Shown here: positions 20,313 through 29,436 of the stretch, piece after piece
Position numbering within the stretch: the stretch's first letter is position 1
Layout of the letters: each line of letters begins with the position of its first letter
DNA from: Thermodesulfobacteriota bacterium
GTDB taxonomy: Bacteria > Desulfobacterota > Desulfobacteria > Desulfobacterales > SURF-7
Reading direction: 5' to 3'
Length of the DNA: 64,000 nt
Assembly (NCBI GenBank): GCA_049320885.1
Contig: JBMORA010000001.1
Coordinates: forward strand, 32,001 to 96,000
Position numbers and translations under genes: made by a program
The notes under the pieces: model-generated
What the model saw: only the letters and a program-made list of their open reading frames with translations
Databases searched by the model: none
What the model was told of the DNA's origin: nothing

Positions 20313-20521
20313 CATATTTGCGGGAAATGCAGAAATCCCTCGAACTGTACGCCAGCTTATTTTGCTATAACTGGCTTTAAATACTTGACATAAAAAATTT
20401 CATCAAGTATTCACAGTAATTATGATACGCCTTTGCATGACCATACCCCGTCAACCCCTGTTTTTTTTCTTCAATATCAACATATTGGCCATAAAATATT
20501 CCATAATAACAGGTAAAAACA

Positions 20522-20797
20522 ATGAACAAGCTTGAATTGATCGAAAAATTTCGCTCCGAGGCGAAAATTTCAAAAGCGGAAGCAGCTACAATTGTAGACC
20601 TCTTCTTCAATTCCATGTCGGATGCCCTGGCAAAGAGCGGCCGCGTGGAAATCCGCGGGCTGTTCAGCTTTTACGTGAAACAATACAAATCCTACATCGG
20701 CCGCAACCCGAAGACCGGTGAAAAGGTACCCATCAAACCCAAGAAGCTGCCATTTTTCAAATGCGGCAAGGAACTGAAAGCGCGAGTGGATTACTGA
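20522..20797 (+). CDS. ihfB: Integration host factor beta / HU family DNA-binding protein
   Basis: MNKLELI, RVEIRGLFSF, GRNPKTGEKV and PFFKCGKELK motifs. Confidence 0.88.
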   Translation: MNKLELIEKFRSEAKISKAEAATIVDLFFNSMSDALAKSGRVEIRGLFSFYVKQYKSYIGRNPKTGEKVPIKPKKLPFFKCGKELKARVDY

Positions 20798-20872
20798 TAC
20801 CGGAAAAATCGTTTTCGGTGACGATCACGCCAGTCGATGCTGGCAATCAACCCTGAATGAAAGGAGCATCCC

Positions 20873-21097
20873 ATGGCCAATCAGATTGAAAAAGGAATCA
20901 AATCGATCAGAAAAGAGATTGACAAGGTGTTGGACCGGCTGGAAAAATTTATGGTAGAGATTTCCAAAATGGGACAATCAAAACCGGAAAAGAAATCGGC
21001 CTCCAAAAAAGCCCCTGCAAAAAAAGCAGCTGCAAGTAAAAAGAAAGCGGCGCCGGCAAAAAAGAAAACCGAGAAAAGCGACACGCTGAAGGATTGA
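20873..21097 (+). CDS. Small basic Lys/Ala-rich (histone-like) protein, possibly truncated
   Basis: AAGGAG RBS; N-terminal coiled coil followed by KKAPAKKAAASKKKAAPAKKK. Confidence 0.65.
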   Translation: MANQIEKGIKSIRKEIDKVLDRLEKFMVEISKMGQSKPEKKSASKKAPAKKAAASKKKAAPAKKKTEKSDTLKD

Positions 21098-21272
21098 TCG
21101 CGGGTAAGCTGGGGAGCAACCGCTCAAGGGATAGCCGGATTTGGGGGGCTTGAAAAAGCCCTGGAGGGAAGCGAATGCACAATTCGTTTCCCTCTTTTTT
21201 TCAAGGCAGACCTGGCAGCGGTGGCGTAAGCATGGAAATATGTAAATTTTTTAAGTCATATTAAAGGATTGC

Positions 21273-21301
21273 TTGACACACTGGCAACCGATACATATAC
21301 T
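21273..21301 (+). promoter_or_regulatory. sigma70-type promoter of the biosynthetic operon
   Basis: TTGACA (21273-21278), 17 bp spacer, TATACT (21296-21301). Confidence 0.72.
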
Positions 21302-21353
21302 CGGCAGCGACTTGGCACTCCCGACCCTAATTTCTGACTGAATACAATTTTGC

Positions 21354-22754
21354 ATGAATATCTTATTGATTTTTCCAGCGCCGGAACGATTCCCCATCAG
21401 TGTATACCAGTACCGCAACGTATCCATCCCCGCTTTTCTGACCCACATGGCAGCGCTCACTCCCAAGGAACACCAGGTTCGCCTGGTCGATATGATGATG
21501 GGCGACACCGTTCCCTACCACGACCGTTTTGACCTGGTTGGCATTACCGTCCGCACGCCCATGGCGCCGGTCTCCTATGCAATTGCCGACCGTTTCCGAT
21601 CCATGGGAACGAAGGTCGTTCTGGGCGGGGCCCATGCCTCGGCGCTGCCCATGGAGGCCAAAGGCCACGCCGACGCGGTTGTCATCGGCGAAGCGGAACA
21701 AACCTGGGAAATGGTTCTGGAAGATGTCCATACCAACAGCTTGCGCGACTTTTATGTCTGCGGGCCCTTTCCATTGGACACGCTCAGCGGCGATTTCCGC
21801 CACGTGCCCCATCGGCCGGACCTGAAAGATCTGCCGGCACCACGATATGATCGGCTGGATTGCAGTCGCTATATCATGGGAACCTTCTTCACCACCCGCG
21901 GATGTACCTATGGATGCAAATTCTGCAACGTGCAGCCGTTGTTCGGCGCCCGGACAAGGCACCGCCCCGTCGACCAGGTCATTGGCGAACTGTCAAAGGC
22001 CCCCAGACTCCTGCTGTCGGTGGACGACAATATTTTCGGCGCCCCGGGGGATGTCGATTACTATATGGAACTTTACGGCCGAATGAAAAAGCTCGGGAAA
22101 TACTGGGCGGGCCAGGGTTCCCTGGCGGTAACGACCTATCCCCGTGCGGATGGGTTGCTGCAAACAGCAGCGAAAAGCGGTTTATCCCTGCTAACCGCCG
22201 GCATCGAGGCGCTGGACAGCGACGGTCTTGAAGAAAGCGGCGCCTTTCGGAAGCTCGGTCTTTCCGCGCCCGCTAACATCACCACGGACCAGGCCAGGGA
22301 AAGCATCCATAAAATTCAACGTTACGGCATCAACCTGCTGGGCTATTTTATCATCGGTTTCCGTCGACAGACCCCGGCGACCTTCCAGGCGATTCTTGAT
22401 TTCTGCGACCGTTTCGCCATCATACCGGTACCGATTCTCCTGCACCCATTGCCCGGCACGCCCCTGTATGAGGAGTACCGGGCGGAAGGCCTGCTGCACG
22501 CTCCGCATGGCTGGGAAGCCTTCGACGGCGCGCATATGGTGGTCCGCCACCCGGAATTCGATGTCGCGGATACCGAACAAAAATATATCCAGACAGTGAT
22601 GGCCGCCAACAGCAACGGCCGAAGAGTCTCCCGGACATTCCAGCGCTTTATCCGGAATCCCCGGATCGACAGCTTGATCAATTTTCACAAAACCCAGGGG
22701 GTCATGCAGAAGGGGATCCGGGAATATTTAAAGGAGCGGCGATCGTCTCCATGA
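21354..22754 (+). CDS. Cobalamin-binding radical SAM enzyme
   Basis: N-terminal B12-binding domain (DLVGIT, VVLGGAHAS, DAVVIGEAE); RGCTYGCKFC; VDDNIFG; PLPGTPLY. Confidence 0.92.
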   Translation: MNILLIFPAPERFPISVYQYRNVSIPAFLTHMAALTPKEHQVRLVDMMMGDTVPYHDRFDLVGITVRTPMAPVSYAIADRFRSMGTKVVLGGAHASALPMEAKGHADAVVIGEAEQTWEMVLEDVHTNSLRDFYVCGPFPLDTLSGDFRHVPHRPDLKDLPAPRYDRLDCSRYIMGTFFTTRGCTYGCKFCNVQPLFGARTRHRPVDQVIGELSKAPRLLLSVDDNIFGAPGDVDYYMELYGRMKKLGKYWAGQGSLAVTTYPRADGLLQTAAKSGLSLLTAGIEALDSDGLEESGAFRKLGLSAPANITTDQARESIHKIQRYGINLLGYFIIGFRRQTPATFQAILDFCDRFAIIPVPILLHPLPGTPLYEEYRAEGLLHAPHGWEAFDGAHMVVRHPEFDVADTEQKYIQTVMAANSNGRRVSRTFQRFIRNPRIDSLINFHKTQGVMQKGIREYLKERRSSP

Positions 22755-24289
22755 AACCAGCCATATTATTGACCGGTGCCACCGGACTCGTGGGCGCCAG
22801 CCTGTTGCGTGCCCTGATAGAAGAAGATTATCCGGTCATCTGCCTGGCCCGCCCCAGGAACGGCCATTCCCCGGCAATGCGGATACAACATACCCTGGCG
22901 GCGCTGTCCCCTGATCTGACGTCTCCCCGGAAGATCAAAACCCACGTCGAGACCTATTGCGGGGACATCACCCAGCCGCAACTGGGCCTGTCCCTGACGG
23001 ACTACCGCCATCTTGCCCGGACCGTCACCCATGTCTTTCACAGCGCCGCCGCCATCCGTTTTGCGGCGGCCGACACTCACAAGGTTCGCCTGACCAACAT
23101 CGGCGGCACGGACAATCTCCTGGCCTTCTTGCAGGACGCCCCTGCCGTTGAAGGCCTGCATTATATCGGCACAGCCTATATCGCTGGCGACCGGGAAGAT
23201 CGGGTTTACGAAGACGATACGGATAAAGGCCAGACATTCAACAACGCCTACGAGGAAAGCAAATTCGTCGCTGAACTCCGCATCCGGGAATTTCAGCGCC
23301 GGGCGCTTTCGAAAGTGACCATCTACCGGCCGGGCATCATTGTGGGGGATTACCTTACCGGCACCACCATCCGGTTCAATACCATGTATCAGTTTCTCAA
23401 GGTCCTGCACGTCCTGAAATCCTCCTACCGCCCCGACAGCAGCGGGAGAACCCACATGCCCATCCGGGTTCTCGCCGATCCCCGGACCACCAAAAACTTT
23501 GTCCCCATTGATTATGTGGTGAAACTGGTCATGAAAATCTTTTCCGAACCGCGGCTCCATGGCAAAACCTATCATCTGGTCAACCACCAGCCGCCCACCA
23601 TGGCCCTGATCCGGGAAGTCATGCTGGACGTGCTGCAGATCAGCGGCCCCACCTTCGTCCCCCCCAAATCCTTCCAGGAAAATCCGCCGGATGAAATCGA
23701 ACGGGTTTTCATCGATGAAACCAAGATCTACACGCCCTACCTGTTGAAGGAACCCGCATTCGACAACACCCATGTCCGCGACATCGCCCCGGGATCCGAA
23801 TATCTGTGCCCGCCCATGGACCGGGAGGCCCTGCTCCGGCTTTTCGAATTTGCCGTCCACTCCGGCTGGGGTCGCAACATTTGGAAGCGGGTGCTCAAAC
23901 CCGCCGAGAATGCGCAGGGAAGGACCCAACTGATTCGCAGCTATTTCAACGACTTTTTGCCATCTGTCATGGGCCGGTCGATTTTTGCCGACCTCGACAA
24001 CCTGAATGCCTGCATCGGTTTCCTGTTCACCGACAGCCGGGAAAAGTGGACGATTGAAATCAAAAACGGCAAGTTGCAACAAATACGACCACTCCTGCCG
24101 GATCGCAGCCAGGTGAACTATGAACTGGGGGATGACACCTTCGCCCACATCATATCCGGAACGCTGACCCCCCAGGAGGCTTTTTTCACCAATAAATCGA
24201 AAATCAAGGGAGATGCACTGAAAGGTTTGAAGCTTGCAGCCATTTTCGACCGGTTCATCAAGCAATACCCGTATCAAGGCCATGATTGA
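22751..24289 (+). CDS. Thioester/fatty-acyl reductase-type SDR fused to a C-terminal SCP2 lipid-binding domain
   Basis: LLTGATGLVG, GDITQPQLGL, HSAA, YEESK (YxxxK), RPGIIVGD. C-terminal WTIEIKNG...IISGTLTPQEAFFTNKSKIKGD fits the SCP2 pattern. Confidence 0.85.
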   Translation: MKPAILLTGATGLVGASLLRALIEEDYPVICLARPRNGHSPAMRIQHTLAALSPDLTSPRKIKTHVETYCGDITQPQLGLSLTDYRHLARTVTHVFHSAAAIRFAAADTHKVRLTNIGGTDNLLAFLQDAPAVEGLHYIGTAYIAGDREDRVYEDDTDKGQTFNNAYEESKFVAELRIREFQRRALSKVTIYRPGIIVGDYLTGTTIRFNTMYQFLKVLHVLKSSYRPDSSGRTHMPIRVLADPRTTKNFVPIDYVVKLVMKIFSEPRLHGKTYHLVNHQPPTMALIREVMLDVLQISGPTFVPPKSFQENPPDEIERVFIDETKIYTPYLLKEPAFDNTHVRDIAPGSEYLCPPMDREALLRLFEFAVHSGWGRNIWKRVLKPAENAQGRTQLIRSYFNDFLPSVMGRSIFADLDNLNACIGFLFTDSREKWTIEIKNGKLQQIRPLLPDRSQVNYELGDDTFAHIISGTLTPQEAFFTNKSKIKGDALKGLKLAAIFDRFIKQYPYQGHD

Positions 24290-24971
24290 AGAATCTGTTT
24301 TTTTCCGCTCGGATCGCTTGAACCTTCACGGCGTTCTGTCATACGCAGAAGATCTCTTCCTCGCGCCGGCGGTCCTGTTGTGCCCGCCCCACCCTCAGCT
24401 GGGCGGCAACATGGACAACAACGTCATCCGCGCGATCCACAATCTCCTGGCGGCGAACGATTTTGTCAGCTTTCGATTTGACTACCGCGGTGTCGGCAGG
24501 AGCGAAGGTGATGCTGAAATGGAAGTGGACAGCCTCAAGGCCTTTTGGGAAGATTCCCACAGTCCCTTGGACCTGCCCCGCCAGCAGGATGCCATGGCCG
24601 CCTTCGATTATTTGCGGCGGATGCCGGGAATCAACCAGCGGGAACTATCCCTCGTGGGGTATTCCTTCGGAGCCCATGCGGCCCTGCAGATCGCCGCCGA
24701 CGCGCCGTGGCTCGCGGCCATGGTCCTGGTCGCCCCAACACTTCATTTCCACGATTTCGACCGGCTTGATTCCCTGACCATTCCCAAACTGATCGTCTGG
24801 AGCGACAATGACTTCTCGTGCCCCCAGGATCATTACACCAAACGTTTCCGGGACTTCGCCGCCCCCAAGGAACACTTGGTTTTCCCGGGGGCGGACCATT
24901 TTTTCATCGGCCATGAAGCGGCCCTGAGCCACCGCGTTCTCCAATTTTTGAAAGGCAGGTTGAATGCATAA
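24282..24971 (+). CDS. Alpha/beta hydrolase
   Basis: PPHPQLGGNMDNNV, RFDYRGVGRSEG, GYSFG nucleophile, GADHFF catalytic His. The start overlaps the upstream stop. Confidence 0.88.
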   Translation: MIEESVFFRSDRLNLHGVLSYAEDLFLAPAVLLCPPHPQLGGNMDNNVIRAIHNLLAANDFVSFRFDYRGVGRSEGDAEMEVDSLKAFWEDSHSPLDLPRQQDAMAAFDYLRRMPGINQRELSLVGYSFGAHAALQIAADAPWLAAMVLVAPTLHFHDFDRLDSLTIPKLIVWSDNDFSCPQDHYTKRFRDFAAPKEHLVFPGADHFFIGHEAALSHRVLQFLKGRLNA

Positions 24972-26046
24972 CGTCCCCTGGTTTCATCAATCCGCCGATA
25001 TCTGGTTGCGTCACGTGCTGTCGATCCATTTTGATCCGCAAACCGGAACCCCTTACTGGCTGGAACAGGCCCGAAAAATGGGAGTCGATGTATTGCAGCA
25101 GATCCGGTCCACCGACGACCTCGGCATCCTGGGCCCCATGAACCCAAAGGCCCTCGCCACCCGGCCGGTGGAGGATTTCATTCCCCGCCGCTATCACCTG
25201 GAGAAGGAGTCCTTCACGCTGGGAGATACCGCCGGCACCACCGGCACCCCCAAGGTGACGGCCTATCGCAATGACGAGTTCCATGCCGCCTTTGTGGAAT
25301 ACTTCGGTTTCGTCGCCGAGAAGCTGGGCTTTCCCAAGAGCTTGAACTGGTTGTGGATCGGTCCAGGAGGGCCCCATATCATTGGCAAAGCCGCACGGAT
25401 GGTGGCCAGGAGGATGGGCAGCCTGGATCCGTTCGCCATCGATTTCGACGCCCGCTGGATCAAGAAACTGGTTCCCGGTTCCATGGGCTGGGAGCGCTAT
25501 TTCCAGCACATTGAAGACCAGGCCCTGCACATTCTCAGGACCCAAGACATCGGCGTCCTGTTTTCAACCCCGCCGGTTCTGAAAAGGCTGGCGGATAAAA
25601 TGAACCCCGCGCTACGGCGCCGAATCAAGGGGGTCCACTACGGCGGCATGGCGCTTTCCCCGGAGCTGTATCTGCGCCTGCGGAACGACTGTTTTCCCGA
25701 AGCCGTTCACATTTCCGGATACGGCAACACCCTTTTCGGGGTTTGTCTGGAGGTCGAGTCCAACCCGGACGGGCGCCTTCATTACTTTCCCCCCGGTGTG
25801 CGCCTGCTCATCGACATCATCGGCCCGGACAACCGGAAAGTGGATTATGGCCAACGAGGCCGGGTGGTTTTCAGTCGTCTGGATGAAAGTTTTTTAATTC
25901 TCAACATGCTGGAACGCGACCAGGCCACCCGTATTCCGGCCGGGGCGGCCGCCCGCGCCTTCGGCCTGACCCTGGACGGCTTGGCTGATCCCGGTCCGGA
26001 CCCAACGCCGGACACAGCGAAAAAGATGGCCCTGGGGCTGTATTAA
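24964..26046 (+). CDS. Truncated adenylate-forming enzyme (EhpF / phenazine-modification-like, PaaK superfamily)
   Basis: HFDPQTGTPYWL, P-loop TAGTTGTPK, GPGGPH, IDFDARWIK, STPPVL, GYGNT, GQRGRVVF, ERD. Only 360 aa, with no C-terminal ANL subdomain. Confidence 0.75.
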   Translation: MHNVPWFHQSADIWLRHVLSIHFDPQTGTPYWLEQARKMGVDVLQQIRSTDDLGILGPMNPKALATRPVEDFIPRRYHLEKESFTLGDTAGTTGTPKVTAYRNDEFHAAFVEYFGFVAEKLGFPKSLNWLWIGPGGPHIIGKAARMVARRMGSLDPFAIDFDARWIKKLVPGSMGWERYFQHIEDQALHILRTQDIGVLFSTPPVLKRLADKMNPALRRRIKGVHYGGMALSPELYLRLRNDCFPEAVHISGYGNTLFGVCLEVESNPDGRLHYFPPGVRLLIDIIGPDNRKVDYGQRGRVVFSRLDESFLILNMLERDQATRIPAGAAARAFGLTLDGLADPGPDPTPDTAKKMALGLY

Positions 26047-26065
26047 CCGTAGGGAGGAATGCCTC

Positions 26066-28069
26066 ATGAAAGCGTCCATTTCTTCACCGAAATCCATGGA
26101 ACTCCTGGCGCCGGTCGGCCGGTTTAAGGGGCTTGAACCGATCCTGGAAAGCGGTGCCGACGCGGTTTACCTGGCGGGCAAGGATTACAACATGCGCCGC
26201 CACCGTTCGGATTTCAATTTCGATAGAGACCAGATCGCCCAGACGGCCGTGAAAGTTCATGACGCCGGCGCCAAACTGTATGTGGCGGTGAACAGCCTCT
26301 TGAGCGACCAAGAACTGGAAGGTGTCGGCGACTACCTCCGGTTTCTGCAGTCCGTGGGCGCCGACGCCATCATCGTGCAGGACCTGGGCCTCATCCGGCT
26401 GGTGAAGGAAAGGGAAATCCATCTACCCCTTCACGCCAGCACCATGATGAATATCCACAGCGCCGAGGGCGCCATCGCCGCCGCCGGACTTGGTATTGGC
26501 CGCATCATCTGCTCCCGGGACATTACCCTGGCTCAAGTCGAGGAGATGGGCCGGAAGAGCGGTCTGGAGATGGAATATTTCGTCCATGGCGATATGTGCT
26601 TTGTCCAAAGCGGCCAGTGCTATGCCAGCGGCCTGATTTTCGGAAACAGCAGCAATCGGGGCAAATGCATGAAACCCTGCCGATGGCCCTATGAATTGAT
26701 CGATCTGGCCGATGGTTCACGTCTGCCGGCCAGAATGGAAGGCAACTATCTTCTGGCCGTCAAGGACATGTGCCTGCTGCAGCGCATCCCCGAATTGGTG
26801 CAGGCCGGAATCGTTTCTCTCAAAATCGAGGGGCGCATGCGGCCACCGGAATTCATGTCCCAAATCGTCAACATCTACAGAAGGGCCATCGACAGGTACC
26901 ACACCGACCCCTTGGGCTATTCGGACAATTTTGACTTGTTCGAGGAACTCTATCGGGAACGGGTAAGGGAGTTTTCAACCAGCGTCGCCTTCCGTAGACC
27001 CGGTGCCGAATTCATCGGTTCCACCGGAGAACGGGAACCCCTCTTCCTGAGCACCGGGGCTGTATTACCCGAGATCGACCTGCTGGACGATCCGGAAGGA
27101 TTCCCCACGGCCCCAAGGGCACTCCAGAGCCCCCGGCCGGAACTGGCCGTGCATGTGGCCACGCCGCAAGCGGCCGCCCGGGCGCTGGCCGGCGGCGCTG
27201 ACTGGATCTATGTCGGTGGCGAAGTCCCCAGCCGGCATGATCATGGGTGGAACCAAGCCGCATTGGAATGCATTATCCGGGATACCCGGGCAAGCGGCAA
27301 AAAGGTCGGCCTGCTGACCCCCCGGGTCACCGTCGCCCATCAACTGCAGGGACTCGCCCGGTTGCTGGACGGCCGTCTGGCGGAACCACCGGACGCCGTG
27401 CTGGTCCACAATCTGGGCAGTCTGCAACTGCTCAAGGCAACCACCGACATCCCCATCCACGCTGATTTTTCCTTGAATGTCATCAATGTCAAGGCTCTGG
27501 AGCTGCTGCACAGCCTCGGGGCTGCCCGGGCGACCGTTTCCCTCGAAGCCGCCTTTGATACCGTGGCCGCCCTCGCCGCCGCCCCCCCCATGCCCCTTGA
27601 ATGCCTGGTCCATGGCCCCTTGCCCGGCATGTACGCGGAACATTGCCTGATCAGCCTGGCCCTGCGCGGAACCTCGGCCGACGAGCCTTGCCGCGGCACC
27701 TGCCGCCATCTTCGCTGTGGCCTGAAAAACCGGTACGCCGATATCTTCCCCGTGGAAACGGACCAGTATTGCCGCAGCCATATTCTCCTGTCGAAAGATC
27801 TGGCCTGCCTGCGGGTTATCGGCGCATTCTTTCACCCGGGTATAAAAAGCCTCCGCATCGAAGGGCAGTACTATGACCCGTCGCTGGTGGGGTATCTGAC
27901 GGAGCTGTATGCCAGGACCATCCAGACCCCCGACGAACCCATCGGGGAAAAGGCCCTGCAACGCCTTGTGTCGCAAAGTCCCAGGGGATTCAGCCTCGGT
28001 GCCTATCCCAAAGGGATCTTTGCCGAAAGAGCGGAAGACTACAAAACCGTCAAAAAGGATATGAAATGA
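26066..28069 (+). CDS. U32 family (peptidase-annotated) Fe-S enzyme with two tandem U32-like domains
   Basis: Domain 1: ELLAPVG, GADAVYL, HASTMMN, Cx6Cx15Cx3C (CFVQSGQC...CMKPC), SLKIEGR. Domain 2: GADWIYVG, HADFSLN, HGPLPGM..EHC..CRGTC, SLRIEG. Confidence 0.88.
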   Translation: MKASISSPKSMELLAPVGRFKGLEPILESGADAVYLAGKDYNMRRHRSDFNFDRDQIAQTAVKVHDAGAKLYVAVNSLLSDQELEGVGDYLRFLQSVGADAIIVQDLGLIRLVKEREIHLPLHASTMMNIHSAEGAIAAAGLGIGRIICSRDITLAQVEEMGRKSGLEMEYFVHGDMCFVQSGQCYASGLIFGNSSNRGKCMKPCRWPYELIDLADGSRLPARMEGNYLLAVKDMCLLQRIPELVQAGIVSLKIEGRMRPPEFMSQIVNIYRRAIDRYHTDPLGYSDNFDLFEELYRERVREFSTSVAFRRPGAEFIGSTGEREPLFLSTGAVLPEIDLLDDPEGFPTAPRALQSPRPELAVHVATPQAAARALAGGADWIYVGGEVPSRHDHGWNQAALECIIRDTRASGKKVGLLTPRVTVAHQLQGLARLLDGRLAEPPDAVLVHNLGSLQLLKATTDIPIHADFSLNVINVKALELLHSLGAARATVSLEAAFDTVAALAAAPPMPLECLVHGPLPGMYAEHCLISLALRGTSADEPCRGTCRHLRCGLKNRYADIFPVETDQYCRSHILLSKDLACLRVIGAFFHPGIKSLRIEGQYYDPSLVGYLTELYARTIQTPDEPIGEKALQRLVSQSPRGFSLGAYPKGIFAERAEDYKTVKKDMK

Positions 28070-29352
28070 AACCCATTGGTCCGGAGGCCATACGCCAGAA
28101 AAAAAAAAGCTATCTGCTCCCCTGTCTGTTTCATTTTTATCAGCATCCACCCCAGATCGTGAAGGGCGAAAGGCAGTATCTGATCGATCATGAAGGGAGA
28201 CCATATCTCGATTTTTATGCCGGCGTCGCGGTGGTCAACGCCGGCCATTGCCACCCGGAGATCACGGAAAAAACCTGCGCCCAGATCAGGACCCTCCAGC
28301 ACACCACCACCATTTATCTCACCCAGCCGATAGTGGATATGGCGGAAAAAGTGGCAGCGATCGCCCCGGCGGGACTGGATAAATGTTTTTTCTGCAACAG
28401 CGGTTCAGAGGCCAATGACGGTGCCCTGATACTGGCCCGTCTGGCGACAGGGCGTCACGGCACCATCAGCCTGACCCATGGTCTCCACGGAAGAACCTAT
28501 CTGACCCTGAGCGTCACGGGGATCCCCATGTGGCGGACCGACAATGCCCCTTACAAGGAGGCCATGCTCATCCCCGGCCCCAACTGCTATCGCTGTCATT
28601 TTCAAATGCGCTATCCGACCTGTGACGTTCATTGTGCCCGCAACCTTGAAAAAGCGATCACGCCGGATACGGCGGCCTTCATCGCGGAACCTGTCGCCGG
28701 CAACGGCGGCATCATCGTTCCGCCGCCCGAATATTTCCCCATCATTCGGGAGATCACCCGTAAAGCAGGCATCCTCTTTATTTGTGATGAAGTTCAAACC
28801 GGCATCAATCGCACCGGGAAGATGTTCGCCATCGAACACTGGGGAGTGACCCCGGATATCCTGACCATGGCCAAAGCCCTTGGCAACGGGGTCCCCGTAG
28901 GCGCTTACGTCACAACGGCAGCCATCGCGGCCGCCCATGTCAAACCCGGCGCGTCGACCCTGGGAGGAAATCCGGTGACAGCGGCGACTGTGATGGCCAC
29001 CCTGGAGGTCCATGAAAAAGAAAGACTCCAAACGCGGGCCCACTCCCTCGGCCTCTATTTCAAGGAGCAATTGAAGGCCTTGCAGGAGAAGTATCCGATC
29101 ATCGGGGATGTCCGCGGCATCGGTCTGATGCTCGGCGCCGAACTGGTGAAAACAGACGGAAGCGCCGACGCGGAAACCTGCGATCGGATCCTGGAATCGA
29201 TGAAGGATGACGGCGTCCTGATCGGCAAGACCGGTATCGGCAGAAACGTGCTGACGTTCCAGCCGCCGTTGATCGTGACAAAAGACAATATCGACGAGGT
29301 GCTGGGCAAACTGGACAGCGCGCTCATGCGCAACCACCCGCATGCTTCCTGA
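28066..29352 (+). CDS. Class III PLP-dependent aminotransferase
   Basis: [47 protein letters not shown] (PLP Lys), VRGIGLM. Confidence 0.93.
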   Translation: MKPIGPEAIRQKKKSYLLPCLFHFYQHPPQIVKGERQYLIDHEGRPYLDFYAGVAVVNAGHCHPEITEKTCAQIRTLQHTTTIYLTQPIVDMAEKVAAIAPAGLDKCFFCNSGSEANDGALILARLATGRHGTISLTHGLHGRTYLTLSVTGIPMWRTDNAPYKEAMLIPGPNCYRCHFQMRYPTCDVHCARNLEKAITPDTAAFIAEPVAGNGGIIVPPPEYFPIIREITRKAGILFICDEVQTGINRTGKMFAIEHWGVTPDILTMAKALGNGVPVGAYVTTAAIAAAHVKPGASTLGGNPVTAATVMATLEVHEKERLQTRAHSLGLYFKEQLKALQEKYPIIGDVRGIGLMLGAELVKTDGSADAETCDRILESMKDDGVLIGKTGIGRNVLTFQPPLIVTKDNIDEVLGKLDSALMRNHPHAS

Positions 29353-29436
29353 CAAGCAGAAGATTCGTCGCCCGCCCGTTTTGGGTTTTCCTGGCGGGCG
29401 GCCTGCTTTCGGCGGCCTGCGATGATCTGACAGCAG

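Noticed and set aside
21095..21097. Selenocysteine read-through of the TGA ending the histone-like ORF
   Set aside because: There is no redox or Cys-equivalent context and no convincing SECIS; decay or a true stop is more likely.
21312..21326. TTGGCACTCCCGACC as a second att site or a sigma54 promoter
   Set aside because: It matches the tRNA-Arg 3' end only over TTGGC and lacks the -12 TTGC element.
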